A stretch of DNA of 64,000 nt from an uncultured Clostridia bacterium. GTDB lineage: Bacteria; Bacillota; Clostridia; TANB77; CAG-508. Below are positions 11,212 through 20,613 of the stretch, piece after piece (the first letter of the stretch is position 1; each line of letters starts with the position of its first letter). The translations under genes were made by a program, and so were the position numbers. The stretch covers positions 37,243 to 101,242 of the forward strand of contig CAKPQL010000001.1 in the NCBI GenBank assembly GCA_934178555.1, in the 5' to 3' direction. A model generated the notes under the pieces. The model had not been told where the DNA came from, searched no databases, and saw only the letters and a list, made by a program, of their open reading frames with translations.

Positions 11212-11619
11212 ATGGAATTATTAAAACTATTTAATCAAAAATTAAAAAACTTACCAGACATTTCAAAAAGTTTGCAAGAGTTGATAATTCTGCAAGAATG
11301 GCCTGAAGAAAAGACTCGGCAAGCTGTTGAAATTGTTCAGCAGATTGATAAGTGTAAGCCTGTTGTAAATGAAGTATTAGGTTACCGCTTTATATGCATG
11401 ACTCAGATAACAATTACCTGTTGTACAACTGAATTGGGCATAGATGCTGAAAAATTTGGACCTAAAAATATACTCAAAGCAGTTAGATATATTGATGATT
11501 TGCTGAGTGATATAAACCAAATTTCTAAAGAGGTCCAATTTTCTTTTGGAGGATATCACTATGATGAGTATGATATTGATATGAACAGCTGCATATTTGC
11601 CATAAGTTTGGAGTTTTAA
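11212..11619 (+). CDS. hypothetical protein
   Basis: AAGGAGG lies 7 nt before ATG 11212; the ORF track starts at TTG 11170. No family recognised. Visibly more G+C than the surroundings, and it uses a sense CGG at 11317. Confidence 0.55.
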   Translation: MELLKLFNQKLKNLPDISKSLQELIILQEWPEEKTRQAVEIVQQIDKCKPVVNEVLGYRFICMTQITITCCTTELGIDAEKFGPKNILKAVRYIDDLLSDINQISKEVQFSFGGYHYDEYDIDMNSCIFAISLEF

Positions 11620-11941
11620 ATAGTAATTAACAAAAAAATAAATAAGTCCATATACTATAAATATAGGGCTTATTTATTTTTTTATAGTAATATATTCTAT
11701 ATTTTTCTATAAAATGTTCATTTTTCTGTGAAGATTTCATAAAGTAAATTATTGCACCAATGTGACATTGATGATTAAATCAATCTGAAAAGATTGATTT
11801 TTTTGTGCTAAAAAATAAGAAATCTACAGTTAATAAATTGTGCAGAGAACGTGTGTGGTTGATTTTTTATGTAAATAATGATATAATACAAATTATAACT
11901 TTTATTACATCAATCAAACCTTACTAAGGAGGAATTCTTTT

Positions 11942-12235
11942 ATGTTATACAAAGCGGAAGGACACATTGATTCAGTACCTTCAAGTTATGAGGTATATGT
12001 TGACAATGGAAAAGTTTCAAAAGTAATGGTTACTATTGGAAAAAACAAAAAAGAGCAGGAAAGAGCAAATAGCCAAAGCTTCACAGATATCGTTAAGAGT
12101 GCTTTTAAAGGAATTATGCTCAGAAACATATCTGTTTACAAAACAATGCTCAAAGATATCGAATACGGCGATTGTGAAATGTTTGTCATTGGAAAGAAAA
12201 TTCTTGATGATGAACGTAAAAAATACGAATTATAA
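11942..12235 (+). CDS. hypothetical protein
   Basis: AAGGAGG lies upstream of the ATG; 97 aa; no family recognised. Confidence 0.5.
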   Translation: MLYKAEGHIDSVPSSYEVYVDNGKVSKVMVTIGKNKKEQERANSQSFTDIVKSAFKGIMLRNISVYKTMLKDIEYGDCEMFVIGKKILDDERKKYEL

Positions 12236-12412
12236 CGAATATAAACTTTGGTTGATGTAAAGAAGGATATTACTTTATTTTTCTAAGTTTGGCAAGATAC
12301 AAAATCTTGCCAATTTTCTTTTTGTTAAATTTATTAAAATATATTGCAAAAGAATACACAATAATATAAAATAATTAAATAATACTTTTTAGTAAAAGGA
12401 GAATGAATTGAA

Positions 12413-13504
12413 ATGAAAATAGGAATAGTAGGACTTCCAAATGTAGGAAAGAGTACAATGTTTAATGCAATAACTAATGCTGGAGCAGAATGTGCAAATT
12501 ACCCATTTTGTACAATAGAGCCAAATGTTGGCGTAGTTCCAGTACCAGATGAAAGATTAGATGCTCTTACTAAAATGTATAATCCTGAAAAAACTACACA
12601 TGCTGTAATTGAATTTGTAGATATTGCAGGATTAGTAAAAGGTGCAAGTAAGGGAGAAGGATTAGGAAACAAATTTTTATCACATATAAGAGAAGTAGAC
12701 AGTATTGTAGAAGTAGTAAGATGCTTTGAAGATCCAAATGTTGTACATGTAGATGGAAACATAAATCCTTTAAGGGATATAGAAACTATAAATTTAGAAC
12801 TTATATTTGCTGATATGGAAACAATTGACAAAAAAATAGAAAAAACAATAAAAATGTTAAAAGCAGATAAAAAATATCAAGAAGAATTAGATTTATTAAA
12901 TAAAATTAAATCTGTATTAGAACAAGGTAAGTCTGCAAGAACAATAGATTTTACAGAAGAAGAAAAAGAATTATTAAAAGATACATATTTACTTACTACA
13001 AAGCCAATACTATATATAGCCAATGTATCAGAAGAGCAATTAGCTAATGCTCAAAACGATGAAAATGTAAAAAAAGTTGTAGAATATGCTAAGACCGAAA
13101 ATAGTAAAGCAATACCTTTATGTGTAAAAATAGAAGAAGAACTTAGTGGATTAGAACCAGAAGATAAGAAAGAAATGCTAGAAGCATTAGGCTTAGACGA
13201 GTCTGGACTAGATAAAGTAATAAAAGAAAGTTATGATTTATTAGGCTTAATGTCATTTTTAACAGCTGGAGAACCAGAAGTTAGAGCTTGGACAATAAAA
13301 AAAGGAACAAAGGCACCACAAGCTGCAGGTAAGATACACTCTGATATAGAAAGAGGGTTTATAAAAGCAGAAGTTGTTTCTTATGATGATTTAATGAGAG
13401 AAGGATCAATGGTGGCAGCAAAAGAAAAAGGCTTAGTTCGCTCAGAAGGAAAAGAATATGTAATGCAAGATGGAGATATTGTATTATTTAGATTTAATGT
13501 ATAA
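12413..13504 (+). CDS. ychF: ribosome-binding ATPase YchF
   Basis: P-loop GLPNVGKST, NYPFCTIEPN, and the C-terminal TGS-like segment HSDIERGFIKAEV. Confidence 0.95.
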   Translation: MKIGIVGLPNVGKSTMFNAITNAGAECANYPFCTIEPNVGVVPVPDERLDALTKMYNPEKTTHAVIEFVDIAGLVKGASKGEGLGNKFLSHIREVDSIVEVVRCFEDPNVVHVDGNINPLRDIETINLELIFADMETIDKKIEKTIKMLKADKKYQEELDLLNKIKSVLEQGKSARTIDFTEEEKELLKDTYLLTTKPILYIANVSEEQLANAQNDENVKKVVEYAKTENSKAIPLCVKIEEELSGLEPEDKKEMLEALGLDESGLDKVIKESYDLLGLMSFLTAGEPEVRAWTIKKGTKAPQAAGKIHSDIERGFIKAEVVSYDDLMREGSMVAAKEKGLVRSEGKEYVMQDGDIVLFRFNV

Positions 13505-13611
13505 AGTTTACATAAACGTGATAAATTTCCAAAAAATCTATTGCATATATTTTAAAAATATGGTATAAATAATAATAGATGTTTAAAAATAATAATATAA
13601 GGAGAGTAAAA

Positions 13612-13935
13612 ATGGTAAATTTAAAAAAGAATATTTTAAAGATAATTACAGTAATGCTAATAGTACTAGCAATTATAATTCCAACTACGGTACGTGCTAC
13701 AGATGGTTCAATAAATGTCATTGCTCCAAAAACAACACCATCACCAACAACAGCCGCAACAGCATCACCAAAGCCAACACCATCTCCATCTCCAAAAGTT
13801 ACTCCAACTCCTAACACAAATAAACTACCTCAAACTGGAATTGAAGATTATACAGGATTAATAATAGCAACAATTGTACTTGGAGGATCAGCATTATTTG
13901 CATATAAGAAAATAAAAGATTATGATAGATTTTAA
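13612..13935 (+). CDS. small LPXTG cell-wall-anchored protein (signal peptide, Pro/Thr-rich stalk, sorting signal)
   Basis: LPQTG followed by a hydrophobic helix and a KKIK tail. AAGGAG precedes ATG 13612. Confidence 0.7.
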   Translation: MVNLKKNILKIITVMLIVLAIIIPTTVRATDGSINVIAPKTTPSPTTAATASPKPTPSPSPKVTPTPNTNKLPQTGIEDYTGLIIATIVLGGSALFAYKKIKDYDRF

Positions 13936-13944
13936 CAATAAAAA

Positions 13945-13977
13945 AACAAATCGTATAAAGTGCGATTTGTTTTTTTA
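13945..13977 (+). terminator. rho-independent terminator
   Basis: ACAAATCG...CGATTTGT stem followed by TTTTTTT. Confidence 0.7.
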
Positions 13978-14011
13978 TTGTAGGAGATATTAAAATTATA
14001 TATAAATAAAT

Positions 14012-14042
14012 TAATAGTGCCGCATAATATGCGACACTATTA
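14012..14042 (-). terminator. hairpin terminator downstream of htrA
   Basis: AATAGTGCCGCAT...ATGCGACACTATT palindrome in an AT-rich flank. Confidence 0.55.
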
Positions 14043-14045
14043 ATT

Positions 14046-15263
14046 TTATTCTTCTTGTAAAGTGACTGTTATTGTTTTTTCTTTTCCGTCTCTAATTAAT
14101 TTTAATTTTAATTCGTCACCTATATTTTTTGAATTTTTTATATCTATTAATTCTTCTTTAGTAGTAACTTTTTTATCATCTACTTCTATTATAACATCAC
14201 CAGTTTTAAGTCCTGCTTTTTCAGCTGCACTAAATTCTGTAACAGATTTAACATAAACACCTACAGATAAATTATTTTGTTTTGCTGTTTTTTCGTCAAT
14301 AGTTATACATTCAATTCCAATAGAAGGTCTTTTTACTTTATTATACTCAATTAATTGATTGTATATATCAACGGTATCATTTATAGGAATTGCAAATCCC
14401 ATATTTTCAACACCAGTTGCAGATATTTTTAAAGTATTTATACCAATTACTTGTCCTTGAGAATTAACTAATGCTCCACCACTGTTACCGGCATTTATTG
14501 CGGCATCAGTTTGAATAAGAACATATTTAGTTCCATCACTGCTTGTAACTTCTCTATTAACTGCACTAATTATTCCACTTGTTACTGTACTTTTTAAGCC
14601 TAAAGGATTTCCTATTGCCATTGCAAATTCTCCAACTTTTACAGAAGATGAATTACCAAGTTCTGCAGGCGTTAAACCGTTTTTATCTATTTTAATAACT
14701 GCTAAATCTGTTTGCTTGTCAGTTCCAATTATTTTTGCTTCATAAGGTGTTTCGTCATTGTATAAATATACTGTAACACTTGTAGCTTCACTTACTTCAT
14801 AGAATGAAGAAGATGATGTTGAATTTACTATATGATTATTTGTTAAAATATAACCATCTTCACTAATAATTATACCAGAACCTGATGCAGCACTTTCTGA
14901 AGAATACGGCATTCCGTAATAACCTAAATTAGTAGTGACATTGAATTTTACATTAATACCAACAATAGAAGGTAATACTTTACTTGCAACTCCTACAGCT
15001 GTATCAGAAAATTTTTCTAAAGAAACTATATCGACAATTCCCGAATTGACTTGTGTAGGTTGTGAAATAGAAGATGTTTCCTTTGTTTCTCCTTTTTGGT
15101 CTCCTATTAATTTTGTTCTAATAGTTGAATTTCCAAAACAAACTCCAACAACTAAAGAAGCTCCTAAAATTCCACTTACGAAAGGCGCAACAATACTATT
15201 TTTTACATTAGATTTTGGCTTTTTTGGTGGAGTATTATTAAAATAATCATTAATATCGTCCAT
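14046..15263 (-). CDS. htrA: HtrA/DegP family serine protease with a C-terminal PDZ domain
   Basis: N-terminal membrane anchor, catalytic TNNHIV, DLAVIK and GNSGGALVN motifs, and a PDZ segment. Confidence 0.9.
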   Translation of the reverse strand: MDDINDYFNNTPPKKPKSNVKNSIVAPFVSGILGASLVVGVCFGNSTIRTKLIGDQKGETKETSSISQPTQVNSGIVDIVSLEKFSDTAVGVASKVLPSIVGINVKFNVTTNLGYYGMPYSSESAASGSGIIISEDGYILTNNHIVNSTSSSSFYEVSEATSVTVYLYNDETPYEAKIIGTDKQTDLAVIKIDKNGLTPAELGNSSSVKVGEFAMAIGNPLGLKSTVTSGIISAVNREVTSSDGTKYVLIQTDAAINAGNSGGALVNSQGQVIGINTLKISATGVENMGFAIPINDTVDIYNQLIEYNKVKRPSIGIECITIDEKTAKQNNLSVGVYVKSVTEFSAAEKAGLKTGDVIIEVDDKKVTTKEELIDIKNSKNIGDELKLKLIRDGKEKTITVTLQEE

Positions 15264-15488
15264 AACAATTCCTCCTATATTTAATCTTTATATATAATAT
15301 AATATTTTTGCAAAAAAATAAATATATATGTACAATTTGTAATTAAAATGTAATATAAATATTGCATTGCAAAATTAATAAATATATAATAATAAAAAAG
15401 TATTAAATAAAACTTAAAATTTAATACATATTTCAATAAAATTAGTAAGCAATATTTAATTATTATAAAGCAAGAAAGGAATCTCACA

Positions 15489-16121
15489 ATGAAAGAAAAA
15501 GAAATAGATAGATTAAAATTACTGAAAAAATATGAAGAAGAATTATATAATGAGGGATTAGAATATATTGCAGGAATAGACGAAGCTGGAAGAGGACCGC
15601 TAGCAGGACCTGTTGTAGTTGGTTGTGTGATTTTACCAAAAGATTCTTTCATAGAAGGAGTAAATGATTCTAAAAAGATTTCTGAAAAGAAAAGAGAAAA
15701 ATTATATGAAGAAATAACAAAAGAAGCAATAGCATGGGGAGTGGGGATAGTAGATCAAAATGAAATTGATGAGATAAATATATTAAATGCAACTAAAAAA
15801 GCCTTAACAATATCAATAAAAAGTTTGAAAGTAAAACCAGATAGGATTTTGGTAGATGCGTTAGAACATATAGATACATGTGGTATACCATATACATCGA
15901 TCGTAAAAGGCGATGCTAAAAATTATTCTATTGCTGCAGCATCGATAATAGCAAAGGTTACAAGGGATAGAATTATGTATGAATGGGATAAAGTATATCC
16001 TCAATATGGATTTGCAAGTCATAAAGGATATGGAACAGCAAAGCATATACAAGCTATTAAAGAAAACGGAATATGTATGTTACATAGAAAAAGTTTCGTA
16101 AAAAATATAATAAATAATTAA
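15489..16121 (+). CDS. rnhB: ribonuclease HII
   Basis: GIDEAGRGPLAGPVV and DSKKIS motifs. Confidence 0.9.
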   Translation: MKEKEIDRLKLLKKYEEELYNEGLEYIAGIDEAGRGPLAGPVVVGCVILPKDSFIEGVNDSKKISEKKREKLYEEITKEAIAWGVGIVDQNEIDEINILNATKKALTISIKSLKVKPDRILVDALEHIDTCGIPYTSIVKGDAKNYSIAAASIIAKVTRDRIMYEWDKVYPQYGFASHKGYGTAKHIQAIKENGICMLHRKSFVKNIINN

Positions 16122-16207
16122 AGTAATATAATATATAATAAAAAAATCTGCCACACTTTTTTATTATATTGCTAACAAAGAATTTAGTATAAATAAGGGA
16201 GGAATTT

Positions 16208-17512
16208 ATGAATATATTAGATATAATTGCTAAAAAAAGAGATAAACAAGAATTATCAACAGAAGAAATAAATTTTTTTATAAATGAATATACAAAAGGA
16301 ATGATTACAGATTATCAGGCAGCAGCTTTGGTAATGGCGATTTATATTAATGGAATGAATTCAAGAGAAACAACAGATATTGCACTTGCAATGGCAAATT
16401 CAGGAGAAACTCTAGATTTATCTTCTATATCAGATGTCGTTATAGATAAGCATAGCACAGGGGGAGTGGGCGATAAAATAACGATAATTCTTATGCCGAT
16501 AATAGCATCTTTAGGAATACCAGTGGCAAAGATGTCTGGAAGAGGATTAGGTTTTACAGGAGGAACTGTTGATAAATTAGAATCAATACCTGGATATAAT
16601 ACAAGTTTATCTATTGATGATTTTATAAAAAATGTAAAAGAAATTGGGATTAGTTTGATTGGCCAAACCATGAATTTAGCACCAGCAGATAAAAAGTTGT
16701 ATGCATTAAGGGATACTATTTCTTGTGTTGAGAGCTTACCATTAATTGCTTCAAGCATAATGAGCAAAAAAATTGCTGCAGGCGCAAATAAAGTTGTTTT
16801 AGAGGTTACTTGTGGTAATGGTGCTTTTATGAAGAATAAAGAAGATGCTATAAAGTTAGCTGAAGAAATGCGTGAAATAGGTAAATTAGCTAATAAAGAA
16901 ACTATCAGTGTTTTAACTAACATGAGTGAACCAATAGGGAAAACTATTGGTAATACATTAGAGATAATAGAAGCAGTTGAGGCTTTAAAAGGTAATATAA
17001 CAGATGATGTAAAAGAAATAATTACTACTATAGGTGCTTATATTATTAAATTATCAGGAAATGGAAATGATTTAGAGAAAAATAAAGCTAAAATATTAGA
17101 AAATATAGGAAATGGAAAAGCATATAATAAATTTATTGAGTTAGTAGCAAAACAAGGTGGAGATATATCTTATATTGAAAATACTGAAAAGTTTCAAAAA
17201 GCTAAATATATAATTCAAGTAAAGTCTAAACAGGATGGATTTATAAGTAAATTAAATGCCCTTGATGTTGGAAAAATATCTGTAAATTTAGGAGCTGGAA
17301 GAATGAAAAAAGAAGATGGGATAGACAATGCTGTAGGAATAGTACTAAATAAAAAAATATCAGATAGAGTTAATGTTGGAGATATTTTAGCTTACGTATA
17401 TGCAAATGATCAAGAAAAAGGAAATAAAGCTGTAGAAGATTTATATGATGCATATGAATTTTCAAATGTAGAAACAGAAAAGCAATCACATATATTAGGA
17501 ATAGTTGAATAG
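16208..17512 (+). CDS. pdp: pyrimidine-nucleoside (thymidine) phosphorylase
   Basis: DKHSTGGVGDK and GRGLGFTGGTVDKLESIPG motifs. Confidence 0.9.
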   Translation: MNILDIIAKKRDKQELSTEEINFFINEYTKGMITDYQAAALVMAIYINGMNSRETTDIALAMANSGETLDLSSISDVVIDKHSTGGVGDKITIILMPIIASLGIPVAKMSGRGLGFTGGTVDKLESIPGYNTSLSIDDFIKNVKEIGISLIGQTMNLAPADKKLYALRDTISCVESLPLIASSIMSKKIAAGANKVVLEVTCGNGAFMKNKEDAIKLAEEMREIGKLANKETISVLTNMSEPIGKTIGNTLEIIEAVEALKGNITDDVKEIITTIGAYIIKLSGNGNDLEKNKAKILENIGNGKAYNKFIELVAKQGGDISYIENTEKFQKAKYIIQVKSKQDGFISKLNALDVGKISVNLGAGRMKKEDGIDNAVGIVLNKKISDRVNVGDILAYVYANDQEKGNKAVEDLYDAYEFSNVETEKQSHILGIVE

Positions 17513-17528
17513 AAAATAAATTGCTTTT

Positions 17529-17580
17529 AAAGATATTGCTCTGGAAAAAGTTTTTCCCAGAGCAATATCTTTATGTTTTT
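17529..17580. terminator. bidirectional terminator between pdp and asnB
   Basis: 16-bp stem AAAGATATTGCTCTGG/CCAGAGCAATATCTTT with T-runs on both sides. Confidence 0.75.
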
Positions 17581-17582
17581 TA

Positions 17583-19432
17583 TTATATTTCTATTTTTGG
17601 TTTATACATTTCAAGCCACATATTTACTTGAATTAAATAGGCCATAAGCTGAGGACCTGTCATTAATTGCCCAAACCAAGGGCGAGCAAATGCAGTGCCA
17701 TCAGTTTTTATGATTTCTGAAATATATGTTTTATCTAATAAAGAGTATATTGGTGCGTTATTATCTTTTAATATTTCTGTTAAGATTCCTTTAACCTTTG
17801 CTAAATAATTAGGGTTGTGGGTTTTAGGATATGGACTCTTTTTTCTCTCTACAATTTCTTTAGGTAATAAATCTTTTACAACATAACGTAATAGTCCTTT
17901 TTCTCTACCGTTTAAAGCCTTCATTTCCCAAGGAACATTCCATAAATATTCTACCAGCCTGTAATCACAAAACGGAACACGAAGTTCCAAGCCGTTATAC
18001 ATAGACATTCTATCAGAACGGTCTAACAAGGTTTGCATAAACCAATTCATGGTTAGATATGAAATTTTTCTTTTTTCAGCGGTTTCAATAGTATCACTAT
18101 TTAAAGTACTCATTTGAGATAGACTGCGTAAATATTGATAGTCAATATATTCTTTTAAATCTATATGTTTTGCAATATCTTTGTTTAATAAATTTTGCCT
18201 TTCTGTTATTGCAATAGACCAAGGAAAAGTATTACTATTTAATGCATCATCCCTAAAGAACCAAGGGTAACCAGCAAAAATTTCATCAGAACATTCTCCA
18301 GAAAGAACTACAGTTGCATCTTCTTTTATGTGTCTACAAAATAAGAGCATAGAAGAATCCACATCTGCCATACCTGGAGCATCTCTTGCTATAACAGCAT
18401 CTTTTAAACAGTCAGCAAGTTCAGGAGTATCTATTATAATATTATGATGTTTGGTTCTAAATGTTTTTCGCATTATATCTATATAATAGTTATCTGAGTT
18501 AGGCTGAAAGTCACTTTTAACAAAATTTTTATCATTATCAACATAATCAACAGAATATGTGTCTAGAGGAGGGAGATTATTTCTTTTACAATAATTGCTT
18601 GCATAAGCAGTTATTATACTCGAGTCCAATCCGCCAGACAGCATTAAACAAAGAGAAACGTCGGAAACTAGTTGCCTTTGAATAGCATCATCTAGTAGAA
18701 ATTTTACCTTTTGACAGGTTTCATTGAAATTATCACTGTGAGGTTTACTAACAAGTTCCCAATATTTTTCAAAATGTAATCCAGATTTATTGTATACAAC
18801 AAAATGGGCAGGTTTTATTTCTTTTATATTTTTAAAAACAGAAGTACCTGGAGTGTGAGCTGGACCAATTCCGAAATAATTCACAAACACTTGTGGAATC
18901 TAAACAAGCTTCAACATGAGGATGCTTTAAAATTGCTTTTATTTCAGATGCAAATATAAAATTGTCATCATTAAATGTGTAATATAATGGCTTTATTCCA
19001 AAATGGTCACGTGCTAAATATAATTCCTCTTTTTTAGAGTCCCATATAGCAAAAGCAAAAATTCCATTAAGCTTTCTTACAACGTCGTATCCCCAATATA
19101 TATAACTTTTAAGAAGAACTTCGGTATCACAATGACCATTAAAAGTAAAACCTTTTTCTATTAATTCTTTTCTAAGTTCATTAGTATTATAAATTTGACC
19201 GATTATAAACTATAGTATAAGTGTTTTCATTATAAGTAGCTTGCATTGGTTGCTTACCATTGTGGGGGTCAATAACGATTAATCGTTTATGCCCTAAATT
19301 AACATGCTTATCAATAAAAAAACCTTCTTCATCAGGACCACGTTTAGATAAAGTTTGATTCATATCCTCTATGATATGCTTATAATTACTTATATCTTTA
19401 GTATAGTTAACATAGCCTACAAGACCACACAT
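17583..19432 (-). CDS. asnB: asparagine synthase (glutamine-hydrolysing), interrupted by two +1 frame breaks, each at a CGG codon
   Basis: The N-terminus is MCGLVGY (Ntn amidotransferase) behind GGAGG. Three open segments join perfectly if one base is dropped at 19199-19201 and one at 18871-18873. The synthetase domain has the SGGLDSS motif. Confidence 0.85.
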
Positions 19433-19508
19433 AAAAACCTCCATTTCTTTTACCTAAAAAAGTAACATATAAATTGCTTATATTTATTATATGCAAAAAA
19501 ATTAGGTA

Positions 19509-19537
19509 TTGACAAAATTTTAAAAAACTAGTATACT
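19509..19537 (+). promoter_or_regulatory. sigma-A type promoter upstream of rpmF
   Basis: TTGACA, 17 nt spacer, TATACT. Confidence 0.5.
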
Positions 19538-19608
19538 TTTATAGTCACATAAATGTGTAAAAAGAAAAATATATAGATAACTATGTAAAACTAAGGGAGG
19601 GAATAGCA

Positions 19609-19791
19609 ATGGCACAACCAAAAAGAAGATGGTCAAAAGCAAGAACAGGAGCCAAAAGATCAACTTGGAAATTAGATAAACCAAATTTAGCTACTTGTAA
19701 ACACTGTAATGAACCAGTAATGCCACACAGAGTTTGTCCAAATTGTGGATATTATGATGGAAAAGAAGTAGTTAGCAAAAAAGAAGATTAG
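19609..19791 (+). CDS. rpmF: 50S ribosomal protein L32 (zinc-ribbon form)
   Basis: MAQPKRRWSKARTGAKRS plus CxxC...CxxC. Confidence 0.9.
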   Translation: MAQPKRRWSKARTGAKRSTWKLDKPNLATCKHCNEPVMPHRVCPNCGYYDGKEVVSKKED

Positions 19792-19859
19792 TAACGATAA
19801 AGTGGTGAATATAATTTTTATTCATCATTTTTTTCTTATTATAAAGTAAAGGAGCTTTT

Positions 19860-20354
19860 ATGGAAACTAGAGTGGATAAAATTAATTATTATTTAGATAT
19901 AGCAGAAGCTGTTGCAAGTAGGAGTACTTGCTTAAGGAAAAAATATGGAACTGTTATTGTAAACAATGATGAAATAATTTCTACTGGATATAGTGGAGCA
20001 CCAAGAGGAAGGATAAACTGTATTGATTTAGGATACTGCACTAAGAAAAAAATGTTTCCAGAAATAAGACATGCAGGTTATGATGCTTGTAGGTCTGTAC
20101 ATAGCGAACAAAATGCGATTATAAGTGCATCTAGAAAAGATATGTTAGGTAGTACATTGTATTTAGTGGGATATAGAACAGATACTAATGACTACGAAAA
20201 TGGAGCCTCTCCTTGCTTGATGTGTAGAAAAATGATTATAAATTCAGGAATAAATACTGTTGTTGTAAGAGTAAATAAAACAGAGTATAAAACAATAGAA
20301 GTAAAAGAATGGATAAATAATGATGAAATACTAAATGGTGAAATATCATATTAA
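19860..20354 (+). CDS. dCMP deaminase family protein (ComEB-like)
   Basis: HSEQNAI and PCLMCRKMI zinc-binding deaminase motifs. Confidence 0.8.
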   Translation: METRVDKINYYLDIAEAVASRSTCLRKKYGTVIVNNDEIISTGYSGAPRGRINCIDLGYCTKKKMFPEIRHAGYDACRSVHSEQNAIISASRKDMLGSTLYLVGYRTDTNDYENGASPCLMCRKMIINSGINTVVVRVNKTEYKTIEVKEWINNDEILNGEISY

Positions 20355-20398
20355 CTAATAAACGTATTATAAACATTAATAGAAAGGGACGTTAAACA

Positions 20399-20584
20399 AT
20401 GAATTTTTTAGTAATTATAGGAATTTTATTAGCTACGATAGGAGTAATATCTGTGTATGATGCACGATTATTAACTAAAAAGTTATTTGGATTTGGAGAT
20501 CAGAATGAGGCTAGTATGGGATTAAAAATATTAGGATTTATATTAGCTATTATAGGTGGATTAATGGTGTATTTAAATATGTAA
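20399..20584 (+). CDS. small membrane protein, two predicted TM helices
   Basis: 61 aa with two hydrophobic stretches; GGGA-type RBS. Confidence 0.45.
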   Translation: MNFLVIIGILLATIGVISVYDARLLTKKLFGFGDQNEASMGLKILGFILAIIGGLMVYLNM

Positions 20585-20613
20585 TATCAGCAAAAACGAA
20601 TGGAGAGAGAATA

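Noticed and set aside
12036-12260. 74-aa ORF overlapping 11942..12235 in another frame
   Set aside because: It has no RBS and is almost entirely nested in the better-supported ORF that starts behind AAGGAGG.
9724-12400. Intact integrative element at tRNA-Thr
   Set aside because: No integrase, excisionase or transposase ORF exists in any frame. Only the repeat scar can be supported.
13494-13817. 107-aa minus-strand ORF rich in Gly/Val/Asp
   Set aside because: It is the antisense mirror of the Pro/Thr-rich stalk of the LPXTG gene. It has no RBS and overlaps the end of ychF.
16342-16923. Long antisense ORFs inside real genes (also 1610..1993, 12499..12831, 23928..24314, 54798..55247, 59328..59708 and many others in the track)
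   Set aside because: They lie fully within strongly supported genes on the other strand, have low-complexity Ile/Phe/Ser-rich translations and have no RBS. This is typical of AT-rich genomes.
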